This document shows, one piece after another, positions 25,901-41,138 of a stretch of 64,000 nt of DNA. This DNA comes from Octopus vulgaris (lineage: Eukaryota), in assembly GCA_951406725.2 (NCBI GenBank), contig OX597824.1, positions 25,234,001 through 25,298,000 of the forward strand. The letters are read 5' to 3'. Position numbers and translations under genes: made by a program. The notes beneath the pieces were generated by a model. That model searched no databases, had not been told where the DNA came from, and worked only from the letters and a program-made list of their open reading frames with translations. Each line of letters opens with the position of its first letter. Within the stretch, counting starts at the first letter, position 1.

Positions 25901-28900
25901 TCTTTCAAATGCCTTTACTTTGGCGCGTTGAAACCCGAGAAAACTAGCCTGCAGCTAATAATTAGCAGCAGTTAATTTATCGGTTAGAGAACATATTTAT
26001 TTATATAAAATTAAATAAGGGTAGAAATTGATATTTATCAATTAAGACCAGTGGTCTAGCATATTAAAAAAGAATCCGAAGATTAAAATATTTATATATA
26101 CCAATTAAGGACTGAACACGAAAAGTGGACAGTCAACATGCTAGATATAGACGTCAAATCGTCATTCACCACAAAAGATTATGTTCTCAGATCAAACTCA
26201 ACACAAAACCATAGCAATAAACAAGTGAAAAATATACGAAATAAAATAATTACCCATGTACTAACTTAGTTTCAGCTGTTATTTTCCGCAAGGAAAACTG
26301 CAGCCATCATCAGCATGGTCCGTTATAAATGTAATTTGCTGGACTAGATGCAAACACGATACCGAAATATCGCGTGCATGGAGTTTAGCCTATTACATTT
26401 GAATATATCTTTCAAATGCCTTTACTTTGGCGCGTTGAAACCCGAGAAAACTAGCCTGCAGCTAATAATTAGCAGCAGTTAATTTATCGGTTAGAGAACA
26501 TATTTATTTATATAAAATTAATTAAGGGTAGAAATTGATATTTATCAATTAAGACCAGTGGTCTAGCATATTAAAAAAGAATCCGAAGATTAAAATATTT
26601 ATATATACCAATTAAGGACTGAACACGAAAAGTGGACAGTCAACATGCTAGATATAGACGTCAAATCGTCATTCACCACAAAAGATTATGTTCTCAGATC
26701 AAACTCAACACAAAACCATAGCAATAAACAAGTGAAAAATATACGAAATAAAATAATTACCCATGTACTAACTTAGTTTCAGCTGTTATTTTCCGCAAGG
26801 AAAACTGCAGCCATCATCAGCATGGTCCGTTATAAATGTAATTTGCTGGACTAGATGCAAACACGATACCGAAATATCGCGTGCATGGAGTTCAGCCTAT
26901 TACATTTGAATATATCTTTCAAATGCCTTTACTTTGGCGCGTTGAAACCCGAGAAAACTAGCCTGCAGCTAATAATTAGCAGCAGTTAATTTATCGGTTA
27001 GAGAACATATTTATTTATATAAAATTAATTAAGGGTAGAAATTGATATTTATCAATTAAGACCAGTGGTCTAGCATATTAAAAAAGAATCCGAAGATTAA
27101 AATATTTATATATACCAATTAAGGACTGAACACGAAAAGTGGACAGTCAACATGCTAGATATAGACGTCAAATCGTCATTCACCACAAAAGATTATGTTC
27201 TCAGATCAAACTCAACACAAAACCATAGCAATAAACAAGTGAAAAATATACGAAATAAAATAATTACCCATGTACTAACTTAGTTTCAGCTGTTATTTTC
27301 CGCAAGGAAAACTGCAGCCATCATCAGCATGGTCCGTTATAAATGTAATTTGCTGGACTAGATGCAAACACGATACCGAAATATCGCGTGCATGGAGTTC
27401 AGCCTATTACATTTGAATATATCTTTCAAATGCCTTTACTTTGGCGCGTTGAAACCCGAGAAAACTAGCCTGCAGCTAATAATTAGCAGCAGTTAATTTA
27501 TCGGTTAGAGAACATATTTATTTATATAAAATTAATTAAGGGTAGAAATTGATATTTATCAATTAAGACCAGTGGTCTAGCATATTAAAAAAGAATCCGA
27601 AGATTAAAATATTTATATATACCAATTAAGGACTGAACACGAAAAGTGGACAGTCAACATGCTAGATATAGACGTCAAATCGTCATTCACCACAAAAGAT
27701 TATGTTCTCAGATCAAACTCAACACAAAACCATAGCAATAAACAAGTGAAAAATATACGAAATAAAATAATTACCCATGTACTAACTTAGTTTCAGCTGT
27801 TATTTTCCGCAAGGAAAACTGCAGCCATCATCAGCATGGTCCGTTATAAATGTAATTTGCTGGACTAGATGCAAAAACGATACCGAAATATCGCGTGCAT
27901 GGAGTTCAGCCTATTACATTTGAATATATCTTTCAAATGCCTTTACTTTGGCGCGTTGAAACCCGAGAAAACTAGCCTGCAGCTAATAATTAGCAGCAGT
28001 TAATTTATCGGTTAGAGAACATATTTATTTATATAAAATTAATTAAGGGTAGAAATTGATATTTATCAATTAAGACCAGTGGTCTAGCATATTAAAAAAG
28101 AATCCGAAGATTAAAATATTTATATATACCAATTAAGGACTGAACACGAAAAGTGGACAGTCAACATGCTAGATATAGACGTCAAATCGTCATTCACCAC
28201 AAAAGATTATGTTCTCAGATCAAACTCAACACAAAACCATAGCAATAAACAAGTGAAAAATATACGAAATAAAATAATTACCCATGTACTAACTTAGTTT
28301 CAGCTGTTATTTTCCGCAAGGAAAACTGCAGCCATCATCAGCATGGTCCGTTATAAATGTAATTTGCTGGACTAGATGCAAACACGATACCGAAATATCG
28401 CGTGCATGGAGTTCAGCCTATTACATTTGAATATATCTTTCAAATGCCTTTACTTTGGCGCGTTGAAACCCGAGAAAACTAGCCTGCAGCTAATAATTAG
28501 CAGCAGTTAATTTATCGGTTAGAGAACATATTTATTTATATAAAATTAATTAAGGGTAGAAATTGATATTTATCAATTAAGACCAGTGGTCTAGCATATT
28601 AAAAAAGAATCCGAAGATTAAAATATTTATATATACCAATTAAGGACTGAACACGAAAAGTGGACAGTCAACATGCTAGATATAGACGTCAAATCGTCAT
28701 TCACCACAAAAGATTATGTTCTCAGATCAAACTCAACACAAAACCATAGCAATAAACAAGTGAAAAATATACGAAATAAAATAATTACCCATGTACTAAC
28801 TTAGTTTCAGCTGTTATTTTCCGCAAGGAAAACTGCAGCCATCATCAGCATGGTCCGTTATAAATGTAATTTGCTGGACTAGATGCAAACACGATACCGA

Positions 28901-31900
28901 AATATCGCGTGCATGGAGTTCAGCCTATTACATTTGAATATATCTTTCAAATGCCTTTACTTTGGCGCGTTGAAACCCGAGAAAACTAGCCTGCAGCTAA
29001 TAATTAGCAGCAGTTAATTTATCGGTTAGAGAACATATTTATTTATATAAAATTAATTAAGGGTAGAAATTGATATTTATCAATTAAGACCAGTGGTCTA
29101 GCATATTAAAAAAGAATCCGAAGATTAAAATATTTATATATACCAATTAAGGACTGAACACGAAAAGTGGACAGTCAACATGCTAGATATAGACGTCAAA
29201 TCGTCATTCACCACAAAAGATTATGTTCTCAGATCAAACTCAACACAAAACCATAGCAATAAACAAGTGAAAAATATACGAAATAAAATAATTACCCATG
29301 TACTAACTTAGTTTCAGCTGTTATTTTCCGCAAGGAAAACTGCAGCCATCATCAGCATGGTCCGTTATAAATGTAATTTGCTGGACTAGATGCAAACACG
29401 ATACCGAAATATCGCGTGCATGGAGTTCAGCCTATTACATTTGAATATATCTTTCAAATGCCTTTACTTTGGCGCGTTGAAACCCGAGAAAACTAGCCTG
29501 CAGCTAATAATTAGCAGCAGTTAATTTATCGGTTAGAGAACATATTTATTTATATAAAATTAATTAAGGGTAGAAATTGATATTTATCAATTAAGACCAG
29601 TGGTCTAGCATATTAAAAAAGAATCCGAAGATTAAAATATTTATATATACCAATTAAGGACTGAACACGAAAAGTGGACAGTCAACATGCTAGATATAGA
29701 CGTCAAATCGTCATTCACCACAAAAGATTATGTTCTCAGATCAAACTCAACACAAAACCATAGCAATAAACAAGTGAAAAATATACGAAATAAAATAATT
29801 ACCCATGTACTAACTTAGTTTCAGCTGTTATTTTCCGCAAGGAAAACTGCAGCCATCATCAGCATGGTCCGTTATAAATGTAATTTGCTGGACTAGATGC
29901 AAAAACGATACCGAAATATCGCGTGCATGGAGTTCAGCCTATTACATTTGAATATATCTTTCAAATGCCTTTACTTTGGCGCGTTGAAACCCGAGAAAAC
30001 TAGCCTGCAGCTAATAATTAGCAGCAGTTAATTTATCGGTTAGAGAACATATTTATTTATATAAAATTAATTAAGGGTAGAAATTGATATTTATCAATTA
30101 AGACCAGTGGTCTAGCATATTAAAAAAGAATCCGAAGATTAAAATATTTATATATACCAATTAAGGACTGAACACGAAAAGTGGACAGTCAACATGCTAG
30201 ATATAGACGTCAAATCGTCATTCACCACAAAAGATTATGTTCTCAGATCAAACTCAACACAAAACCATAGCAATAAACAAGTGAAAAATATACGAAATAA
30301 AATAATTACCCATGTACTAACTTAGTTTCAGCTGTTATTTTCCGCAAGGAAAACTGCAGCCATCATCAGCATGGTCCGTTATAAATGTAATTTGCTGGAC
30401 TAGATGCAAACACGATACCGAAATATCGCGTGCATGGAGTTTAGCCTATTACATTTGAATATATCTTTCAAATGCCTTTACTTTGGCGCGTTGAAACCCG
30501 AGAAAACTAGCCTGCAGCTAATAATTAGCAGCAGTTAATTTATCGGTTAGAGAACATATTTATTTATATAAAATTAATTAAGGGTAGAAATTGATATTTA
30601 TCAATTAAGACCAGTGGTCTAGCATATTAAAAAAGAATCCGAAGATTAAAATATTTATATATACCAATTAAGGACTGAACACGAAAAGTGGACAGTCAAC
30701 ATGCTAGATATAGACGTCAAATCGTCATTCACCACAAAAGATTATGTTCTCAGATCAAACTCAACACAAAACCATAGCAATAAACAAGTGAAAAATATAC
30801 GAAATAAAATAATTACCCATGTACTAACTTAGTTTCAGCTGTTATTTTCCGCAAGGAAAACTGCAGCCATCATCAGCATGGTCCGTTATAAATGTAATTT
30901 GCTGGACTAGATGCAAACACGATACCGAAATATCGCGTGCATGGAGTTCAGCCTATTACATTTGAATATATCTTTCAAATGCCTTTACTTTGGCGCGTTG
31001 AAACCCGAGAAAACTAGCCTGCAGCTAATAATTAGCAGCAGTTAATTTATCGGTTAGAGAACATATTTATTTATATAAAATTAATTAAGGGTAGAAATTG
31101 ATATTTATCAATTAAGACCAGTGGTCTAGCATATTAAAAAAGAATCCGAAGATTAAAATATTTATATATACCAATTAAGGACTGAACACGAAAAGTGGAC
31201 AGTCAACATGCTAGATATAGACGTCAAATCGTCATTCACCACAAAAGATTATGTTCTCAGATCAAACTCAACACAAAACCATAGCAATAAACAAGTGAAA
31301 AATATACGAAATAAAATAATTACCCATGTACTAACTTAGTTTCAGCTGTTATTTTCCGCAAGGAAAACTGCAGCCATCATCAGCATGGTCCGTTATAAAT
31401 GTAATTTGCTGGACTAGATGCAAACACGATACCGAAATATCGCGTGCATGGAGTTCAGCCTATTACATTTGAATATATCTTTCAAATGCCTTTACTTTGG
31501 CGCGTTGAAACCCGAGAAAACTAGCCTGCAGCTAATAATTAGCAGCAGTTAATTTATCGGTTAGAGAACATATTTATTTATATAAAATTAATTAAGGGTA
31601 GAAATTGATATTTATCAATTAAGACCAGTGGTCTAGCATATTAAAAAAGAATCCGAAGATTAAAATATTTATATATACCAATTAAGGACTGAACACGAAA
31701 AGTGGACAGTCAACATGCTAGATATAGACGTCAAATCGTCATTCACCACAAAAGATTATGTTCTCAGATCAAACTCAACACAAAACCATAGCAATAAACA
31801 AGTGAAAAATATACGAAATAAAATAATTACCCATGTACTAACTTAGTTTCAGCTGTTATTTTCCGCAAGGAAAACTGCAGCCATCATCAGCATGGTCCGT

Positions 31901-32684
31901 TATAAATGTAATTTGCTGGACTAGATGCAAACACGATACCGAAATATCGCGTGCATGGAGTTCAGCCTATTACATTTGAATATATCTTTCAAATGCCTTT
32001 ACTTTGGCGCGTTGAAACCCGAGAAAACTAGCCTGCAGCTAATAATTAGCAGCAGTTAATTTATCGGTTAGAGAACATATTTATTTATATAAAATTAATT
32101 AAGGGTAGAAATTGATATTTATCAATTAAGACCAGTGGTCTAGCATATTAAAAAAGAATCCGAAGATTAAAATATTTATATATACCAATTAAGGACTGAA
32201 CACGAAAAGTGGACAGTCAACATGCTAGATATAGACGTCAAATCGTCATTCACCACAAAAGATTATGTTCTCAGATCAAACTCAACACAAAACCATAGCA
32301 ATAAACAAGTGAAAAATATACGAAATAAAATAATTACCCATGTACTAACTTAGTTTCAGCTGTTATTTTCCGCAAGGAAAACTGCAGCCATCATCAGCAT
32401 GGTCCGTTATAAATGTAATTTGCTGGACTAGATGCAAACACGATACCGAAATATCGCGTGCATGGAGTTCAGCCTATTACATTTGAATATATCTTTCAAA
32501 TGCCTTTACTTTGGCGCGTTGAAACCCGAGAAAACTAGCCTGCAGCTAATAATTAGCAGCAGTTAATTTATCGGTTAGAGAACATATTTATTTATATAAA
32601 ATTAATTAAGGGTAGAAATTGATATTTATCAATTAAGACCAGTGGTCTAGCATATTAAAAAAGAATCCGAAGATTAAAATATTT
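19920..32684 (-). repeat. Tandem array of 25 complete 507-bp HHR-containing units plus a 90-bp partial unit (retrozyme/PLE-pLTR multimer)
   Basis: Marker AAGGGTAG at 19933, 20440 ... 32608 (25 x 507). Very few substitutions, no ORF of 60 aa or more, absent from the U1 paralogous site (~6400-6456). Confidence 0.97.
20170..20234 (-). ncRNA. Type I hammerhead ribozyme, repeated every 507 bp to 32338-32402 (25 copies)
   Basis: CCAUG-CUGAUGA-uGGCUGcaGUUUUCC uugc GGAAAAUaaCAGCU-GAA-ACUA agu UAGU-A-CAUGG. Canonical core, GUA triplet, predicted cut between 20175 and 20174. Confidence 0.9.
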
Positions 32685-33163
<479 letters not shown>

Positions 33164-33419
33164 CACATACGTTAATAGATCTATATATACATAAATATAA
33201 AAACAGACATCCACGCGCGCATACACACATAGCAGGAATGACGGTGTGGTAAGAAGCTTCCTTCCCAGCCACATGGTTCCGGGTTCAGTCCCACTGCGTG
33301 ACACCTTGGACAAGTGGCTTCTACTATAACCTCGGGGCGACCAAAGCCTTGTGACTGGATTTGGTAGACGGAAATTGAAAGAAGACCGTCGTATGTATGT
33401 ATGTATGTATGTATGTATG

Positions 33420-33493
<74 letters not shown>

Positions 33494-34175
33494 TCCCCCA
33501 CCATCGCTTGATGCCGATACTGGTGTCTTTGCGTCCCCGTAACTTAGCAGTTCGGCATAAGAGGTCGAGAGAATAAGTTCCAGGCTACAAAGAATAAGTC
33601 CAGGGGTCGATTTGTTCGACTAAAGGCGAAAGCAGTTTCAGCATAAACTTGGCTGACACGTGTCATACCCAAATCTTCAGTGATAATGGACTGAACTGAA
33701 CTGAACTGAACCGTAACTAATCTGCACATTCTCTGAAAACCCACAGATGGTGATTCGACGATTTCCCTTCACAGCTGCACGCATATCTGCCATATTTTTC
33801 TCAGTTCTACTGGTTGTGTGTACCCCAGAACGTTCGACAATATCGACATTTGATTAGTCCTTATTGGAATCGTCTGAGCCACTCATACACTTGTGTTTGG
33901 CTCATACACTCCTATCCATACACTTTCTGCAACTTTGCGTAGGTCTCTGAGCAAGTGTCGCCATGATAACTTTCTCTATCATGGTCAATGCAACGATCAC
34001 ACGCTACACACCTTCCATCGAAGCACTGCTGTAAACAGCGGAAGTGCGCTAGAACGTTAAAACTTAGAGCACATGCATAACAGAGTTAAAGCTCAATCTT
34101 TGCTAAGCGGCCTTACTCTGCGTATTTTAGCTTCGTTACTCTGACACCTGTCCGGATACTTATTGATAAGACGTT

Positions 34176-34261
<86 letters not shown>

Positions 34262-34507
34262 TAATCCAAACATGAAAACAAAGAGAAAACACAACAACGC
34301 GAGGACGTGGAACAAATATAGTATTATTGGACGCTCAGGAAGGAAGGGAAGAAGGAGGGTTTTTACATTTCGAGCGGAGCTCTTCGTCAGAAACATAGGA
34401 AAAGGAAAGATCCAGAGAAGGGAAGACGGAGGAAAAAAATCGCCAACGGTACACACGCGGTCACATTTTGAAATGCTATGGTTTTTCCATTATTTTCTCC
34501 AACCCCC

Positions 34508-35830
<1,323 letters not shown>

Positions 35831-36256
35831 TATGTCTTTCGCAAGCCGATTTTTCACATGCGTTCTAACTAATTTTTCCACCGTATAGGCCTAAAAAAGC
35901 CCTTCTTGTTGGTTCTCTGTCCAGTTATTCCTTATTTGTACTATTTTTTCTACTGTCTTTTCTTCATTTGTATTGCCTTTACGTCCTGTTCTTGTCACTT
36001 GTTTTACCCCTCTGCAAAAGAATTTTATTTAATTCCTTTCGCAAGAAGGACTGCTTCGGCCTGGCCGTGTTCTGTCATTACCTTCGAAACACGCATTGAG
36101 CCGAACCAGGGGCAGCTGATGAAGGGGAATTTTCCTTGTATTGTTTGTCCTGTACTCTGTTTTTTCGTTGTTAAAAAAAAGTCCGTTTCCTTGTTTGATT
36201 TTGTTTTCGTTTCTCGTTGTGGTCTGCGTTTATTTGTGGTGTCCTGTACTCATATA

Positions 36257-36287
<31 letters not shown>

Positions 36288-36775
36288 GCTTGTATATATA
36301 CATGTAGATGTAATTATGTACATATATGTATGTATATATGCATATATTTTATTTATTTATTATATTTTTTATTATATGACTGAACGCACGCGTCGTTTCT
36401 CTTCGTTTCTCTTCTCCAAGTAAGTTTGTATATATATATATATATACAGGTATTTTCATATGTAGGTATTGGGCGCTCAATTTCATCGTTCGACATTTAC
36501 GTACGTAGACATGAACTCACATACACACGTGTGTGTGTGTGTGTAAGTATATGCATGTATGTTTGTATCTTTTTATGTGTTATGTGTGCGTACGCGCGCG
36601 TGTGTATGCATGTATATTTACGCATGCATCTCAGCAAGTTAACCTCACGGATTACATAAGTGCTTGTTCAACATTTTTATCTTATTAATTCACCTTCTCA
36701 GTGTTCCACGTAATAGCCTCTTCTGTGCTTTGATGCCCCTTGTTAATTGAAATGTGGGATCTTCTACTGAGCCTG

Positions 36776-36850
<75 letters not shown>

Positions 36851-37899
36851 GTCTGTGTGTCTGTCTGTCTGTCTGTCAGTCTGTCTGTCTGTCTGTCTAT
36901 CTCTCTAACCCACTCTACAACCTAATCACCACTTCAGTTTGGGATTTGGCTCTTCACCGGCACCAATGTCTGACATTGCATAAATATTTGTAAACAAGTA
37001 TATCTGTCGTACTAGCGGTATCGTTTGATTTCAATATTAGTCATGGAGAGTTGGCAGCATCGGGCCATAGAAATTCTGCCGCAATAAATTTTGTCCAACC
37101 CATGCCAGCATAGAAATGAAAATGATGAAAATGATGACAATGGCTCATTTTAGAATCAACAATGAAGCTATGAATTGTAAATTTGAACGAAGCGAAATTT
37201 GCACCGTGTGCTCTGTTTTTGGCGCAAAAGAAAATACTATTGGAACATACACACAAGGTGTAGGAAACTTATATGTATACCATTCTGCTTACATAATGGA
37301 ACTGCAGATAAAATATCCTTGAATATCTCACGTCTGTTTTCATTCATCCACTTCACTCTCTATTTCATATCTTCTCTAGAATAAGTATTGCTTAACTATT
37401 TTCTCGCACCGTCTCCAATGAAGGGATATATAAAATATCCCGAAACAACTGTAAGACCTTCTCTTTATAAATGCTCGGAAATCTTTCACAGCCTTGGATT
37501 TTTATCTCATTCGTTTTGGAAGTCACTTGACCCTGTTATCTCCCCTACTGTCCTTCTCGCGTCTGACCACTGTCCGAAGTCAGGACGCCATGATAGATCG
37601 TTAGCTCCTACACGCATTTTTTTCTCTCCTTGTTTCTCTCCTTGTTTTTTTCTGTGTATCTTTCTGTCGAAGAGCGTATGCTCGAAACGTAAAAGACTTG
37701 TTCTATTTCTATTCCTGAGCACTATACTAATACATTTGTTTGTTTGTACTCCACCTGCCTCCGTCTTTTGTTTATTTTCGTAAACCTTCCCGTTATATAT
37801 ATATATAATATTAATTAGAGACGAAACCACTATTATGCAAATCAAACAAAGAAAGACTTAATCCAATACATAAAAATTTTTATATAAATTAAATAAAAT

Positions 37900-37940
<41 letters not shown>

Positions 37941-38599
37941 GATAACAAAATAAGTTTGAATTTGCTGATAACTTCCTTCATTCTCTTCATGTATACAGAA
38001 ATATAAAATCTGGATTTTTCTACGGAAATGATAGAACAATGCTTGTCTTCTTTCATTTTTTGTCTTTTGCTCTGTACAGTCAATCTTTGTCACTGCTTTA
38101 GAACCGAGTAATTATATTCTTTTATACGTAAGGCGGCGAGCTGGCAGAAACGTTAGCACGCCGGGTGACATGTTTAGCGGCATTTCGTCTACCGTTACGT
38201 TCTGAGTTCAAATTTCGCCAAGTTTGACTTTGTCTTTCATCCTTTCGGGATCGTTTAAATAAGCACCAGTTACGCATTGGGGTCGATGTAATCGACTTAA
38301 ACCCTGTACCTGTCCTTGTTTGTCTCCTCTTCGTTTAGCCCCCTGTGGGTAATAAAGAAATATATATTCTTTTATACATGGTGGAACCAAAGTTTTAGGT
38401 TCAGAAATTTTTGAACAGTGATAAAGTAATATCCTTATCCTGGTGATCCCTGCTGTACTCTTTCACCACTCTTTCTCTCTTTCTTATGTTGGCCTGCTCG
38501 CTTAGCCAGCGGGGTGGCATCATTTGAAGGCTAAAACAGTGCGAACGCATTGTGACCAGCGATGTGTAAAACATCTGATGGTCTGGTCGGTCACGTGAT

Positions 38600-38652
<53 letters not shown>

Positions 38653-39239
38653 TAATCCAAAGAAGAAAACAAAAAAAACACAACAACTTGAGGACGTGGA
38701 ACAAATATAGTATTATTGGACGCTCAAGAAAGAAGGGAAGAAGGAGGGTTTAACGTTTCGAGCGGAGCTCTTCGTCGGAAACATAGGAGAAGGAAAGATC
38801 CAGAGAAGGGAAAACAGAGGAAAAAAATCGCCAACGGTACACACGAGGTCACATTTTGAAATATATATATATATATATATATATACTCTATTTTTTCGTC
38901 GTTTAAGAAAAATGTCCATTTCCTTGGTTTTGTGTTTATGTTTTCGTTTCTCATTGTGTTCGACGTTTTTTTTTTTGGTGTCCTGTACCCATATATGCAT
39001 GTATATATGCATGTAGCAGTAGGTACGTACATATATGTATGTATATATGCATATGTTTTATTTTGTTTATAAATTTATTATATGACAGAACGCACGCATC
39101 CATTTCTAAGTATGTGTGTGTGTTTAAGTGTGTGTGTGTCATAATCTCCTTTTCCCGACTCTTTCATTAATTCGATACCCTACCTATGTGTATATATCTG
39201 TGTGTATAGTGCACGCGTGTGTACATGTGTGTGTGTGTG

Positions 39240-39290
<51 letters not shown>

Positions 39291-39684
39291 TGTTTGTGTG
39301 TTTGAGTGTGTGTGTGTAAGGCAATTTGACGTCTATCTTTAGCATATTAGGAATCCACTTTAGTGGTCATTCCTCTTATGAATTGTAATATAATTTTTAA
39401 ATCTTCGGATATTTTTTTTTAATATGCTAGACCACTGTGTGTGCGCGTGTATACTTTACGTATGTGAATGCGTGTTGGCATTTTATCATGCATGAAGATA
39501 TATACTCTTTTTACTCTTTTACTTGTTTCAGTCATTTGATGCGGCCATGCTGGAGCACCGCCTTTAATCGAGCAACTTGGCTTTGTAAGCCCAGTACTTA
39601 TTCTATTGGTCTGTTTTTTGACGAGGACATAAACACACCGGCATCGGTTGTCAAGCAATGCTAGGGGGACAAACACAGACACAC

Positions 39685-39759
<75 letters not shown>

Positions 39760-40666
39760 TACGACAGGCTTCTTTCAGTTTCCGTCTACCAAATCCACTC
39801 ACAAGGCTTTGGTCGGCCCGAGGCTAGAGTAGAAGACACTTGCCCAAGGTGCCACGCACTGGGACTGAACTCGAAACCATGTGGTTGGTAAACAAGCTAC
39901 TTACCACACAGCCACTCCTGCGCCTATTTGATAGAATTTAAAAGAAACCTTTCTTCAATACAACAATTCGATCCCGACATTCCATAAACCTCAAACTTTA
40001 TTTGTAAACAAAGGATGACGAGCTGTCAGTGACTAACTACTTTTTCTTTATTGTCGTTAACCCATACCTTCGCTTTTTCTTGGAAACTTTCTTTCTTTTT
40101 CCTTTTTTTTTTGTTTATTTCACACCTCCGCATTTGCTCCAACTCTGCAGTACTAAAACCATTATATCCTTATATGTACATGTATATGTATATGTATATG
40201 TAAAAAATTACAACTGGGACAAGAACGCAAAACATTTAGAAGACGATACAAAAAACACGGACGGGACATTCGAAGCCTTCAATCTTCAGTCAAGAACCGG
40301 ATCATCCTCGCAATTTCGGCTGATTAATCTGTACATGTACATATATATCTGATCTCTTTTGTGTGTGCATGCATGAATGCATGTAGGTGAAACTATATGT
40401 CTGAGTGCTTGTGTGTGTGTGTGTGTGTGTGTGTGTCTGTAGCTATTTATGAGATACTCTTCAAATATTCCTTAGCCCAAAGTTCCAGTTCAAAACAAAC
40501 TACATTATCTGCTTAGAGCATATTAATTTCTTCTTTCTCTTTTTCCCTGAATTCATTTTGTCGCTATTTGTTGCTATTTGTACATATTTACATGCATGTT
40601 GTTTATGTGACTGCGAATGTGCGTGTATGGGGGAGTATATGTACGTATCTGTAAGCGTGTATGTAC

Positions 40667-40710
<44 letters not shown>

Positions 40711-40774
40711 TCAGGAAAGACAAGGAACTTATGTCAGCATCATGACGAACAAAAACTTTATATACATATACATA

Positions 40775-40861
<87 letters not shown>

Positions 40862-41107
40862 GTACATACACGCTTACAGATACGTACATATACTCCCCCA
40901 TACACGCACATTCGCAGTCACATAAACAACATGCATGTAAATATGTACAAATAGCGACAAAATGAATTCAGAGAAAAAGGGAAAGAAGAAATTAATATGA
41001 TCTAAGCAGATAATGTAGTTTGTTTTGAACTGGAACTTTGGGCTAAGGAATTTTTGAAGAGTATCTCATAAATAGCTACAGACACACCCACACGTACACA
41101 CACACAT

Positions 41108-41138
<31 letters not shown>

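Noticed and set aside
19920-32684. CRISPR array, rDNA/5S, snRNA or histone tandem cluster
   Set aside because: Units are identical with no unique spacers, and I see no rRNA, snRNA, tRNA or coding similarity.
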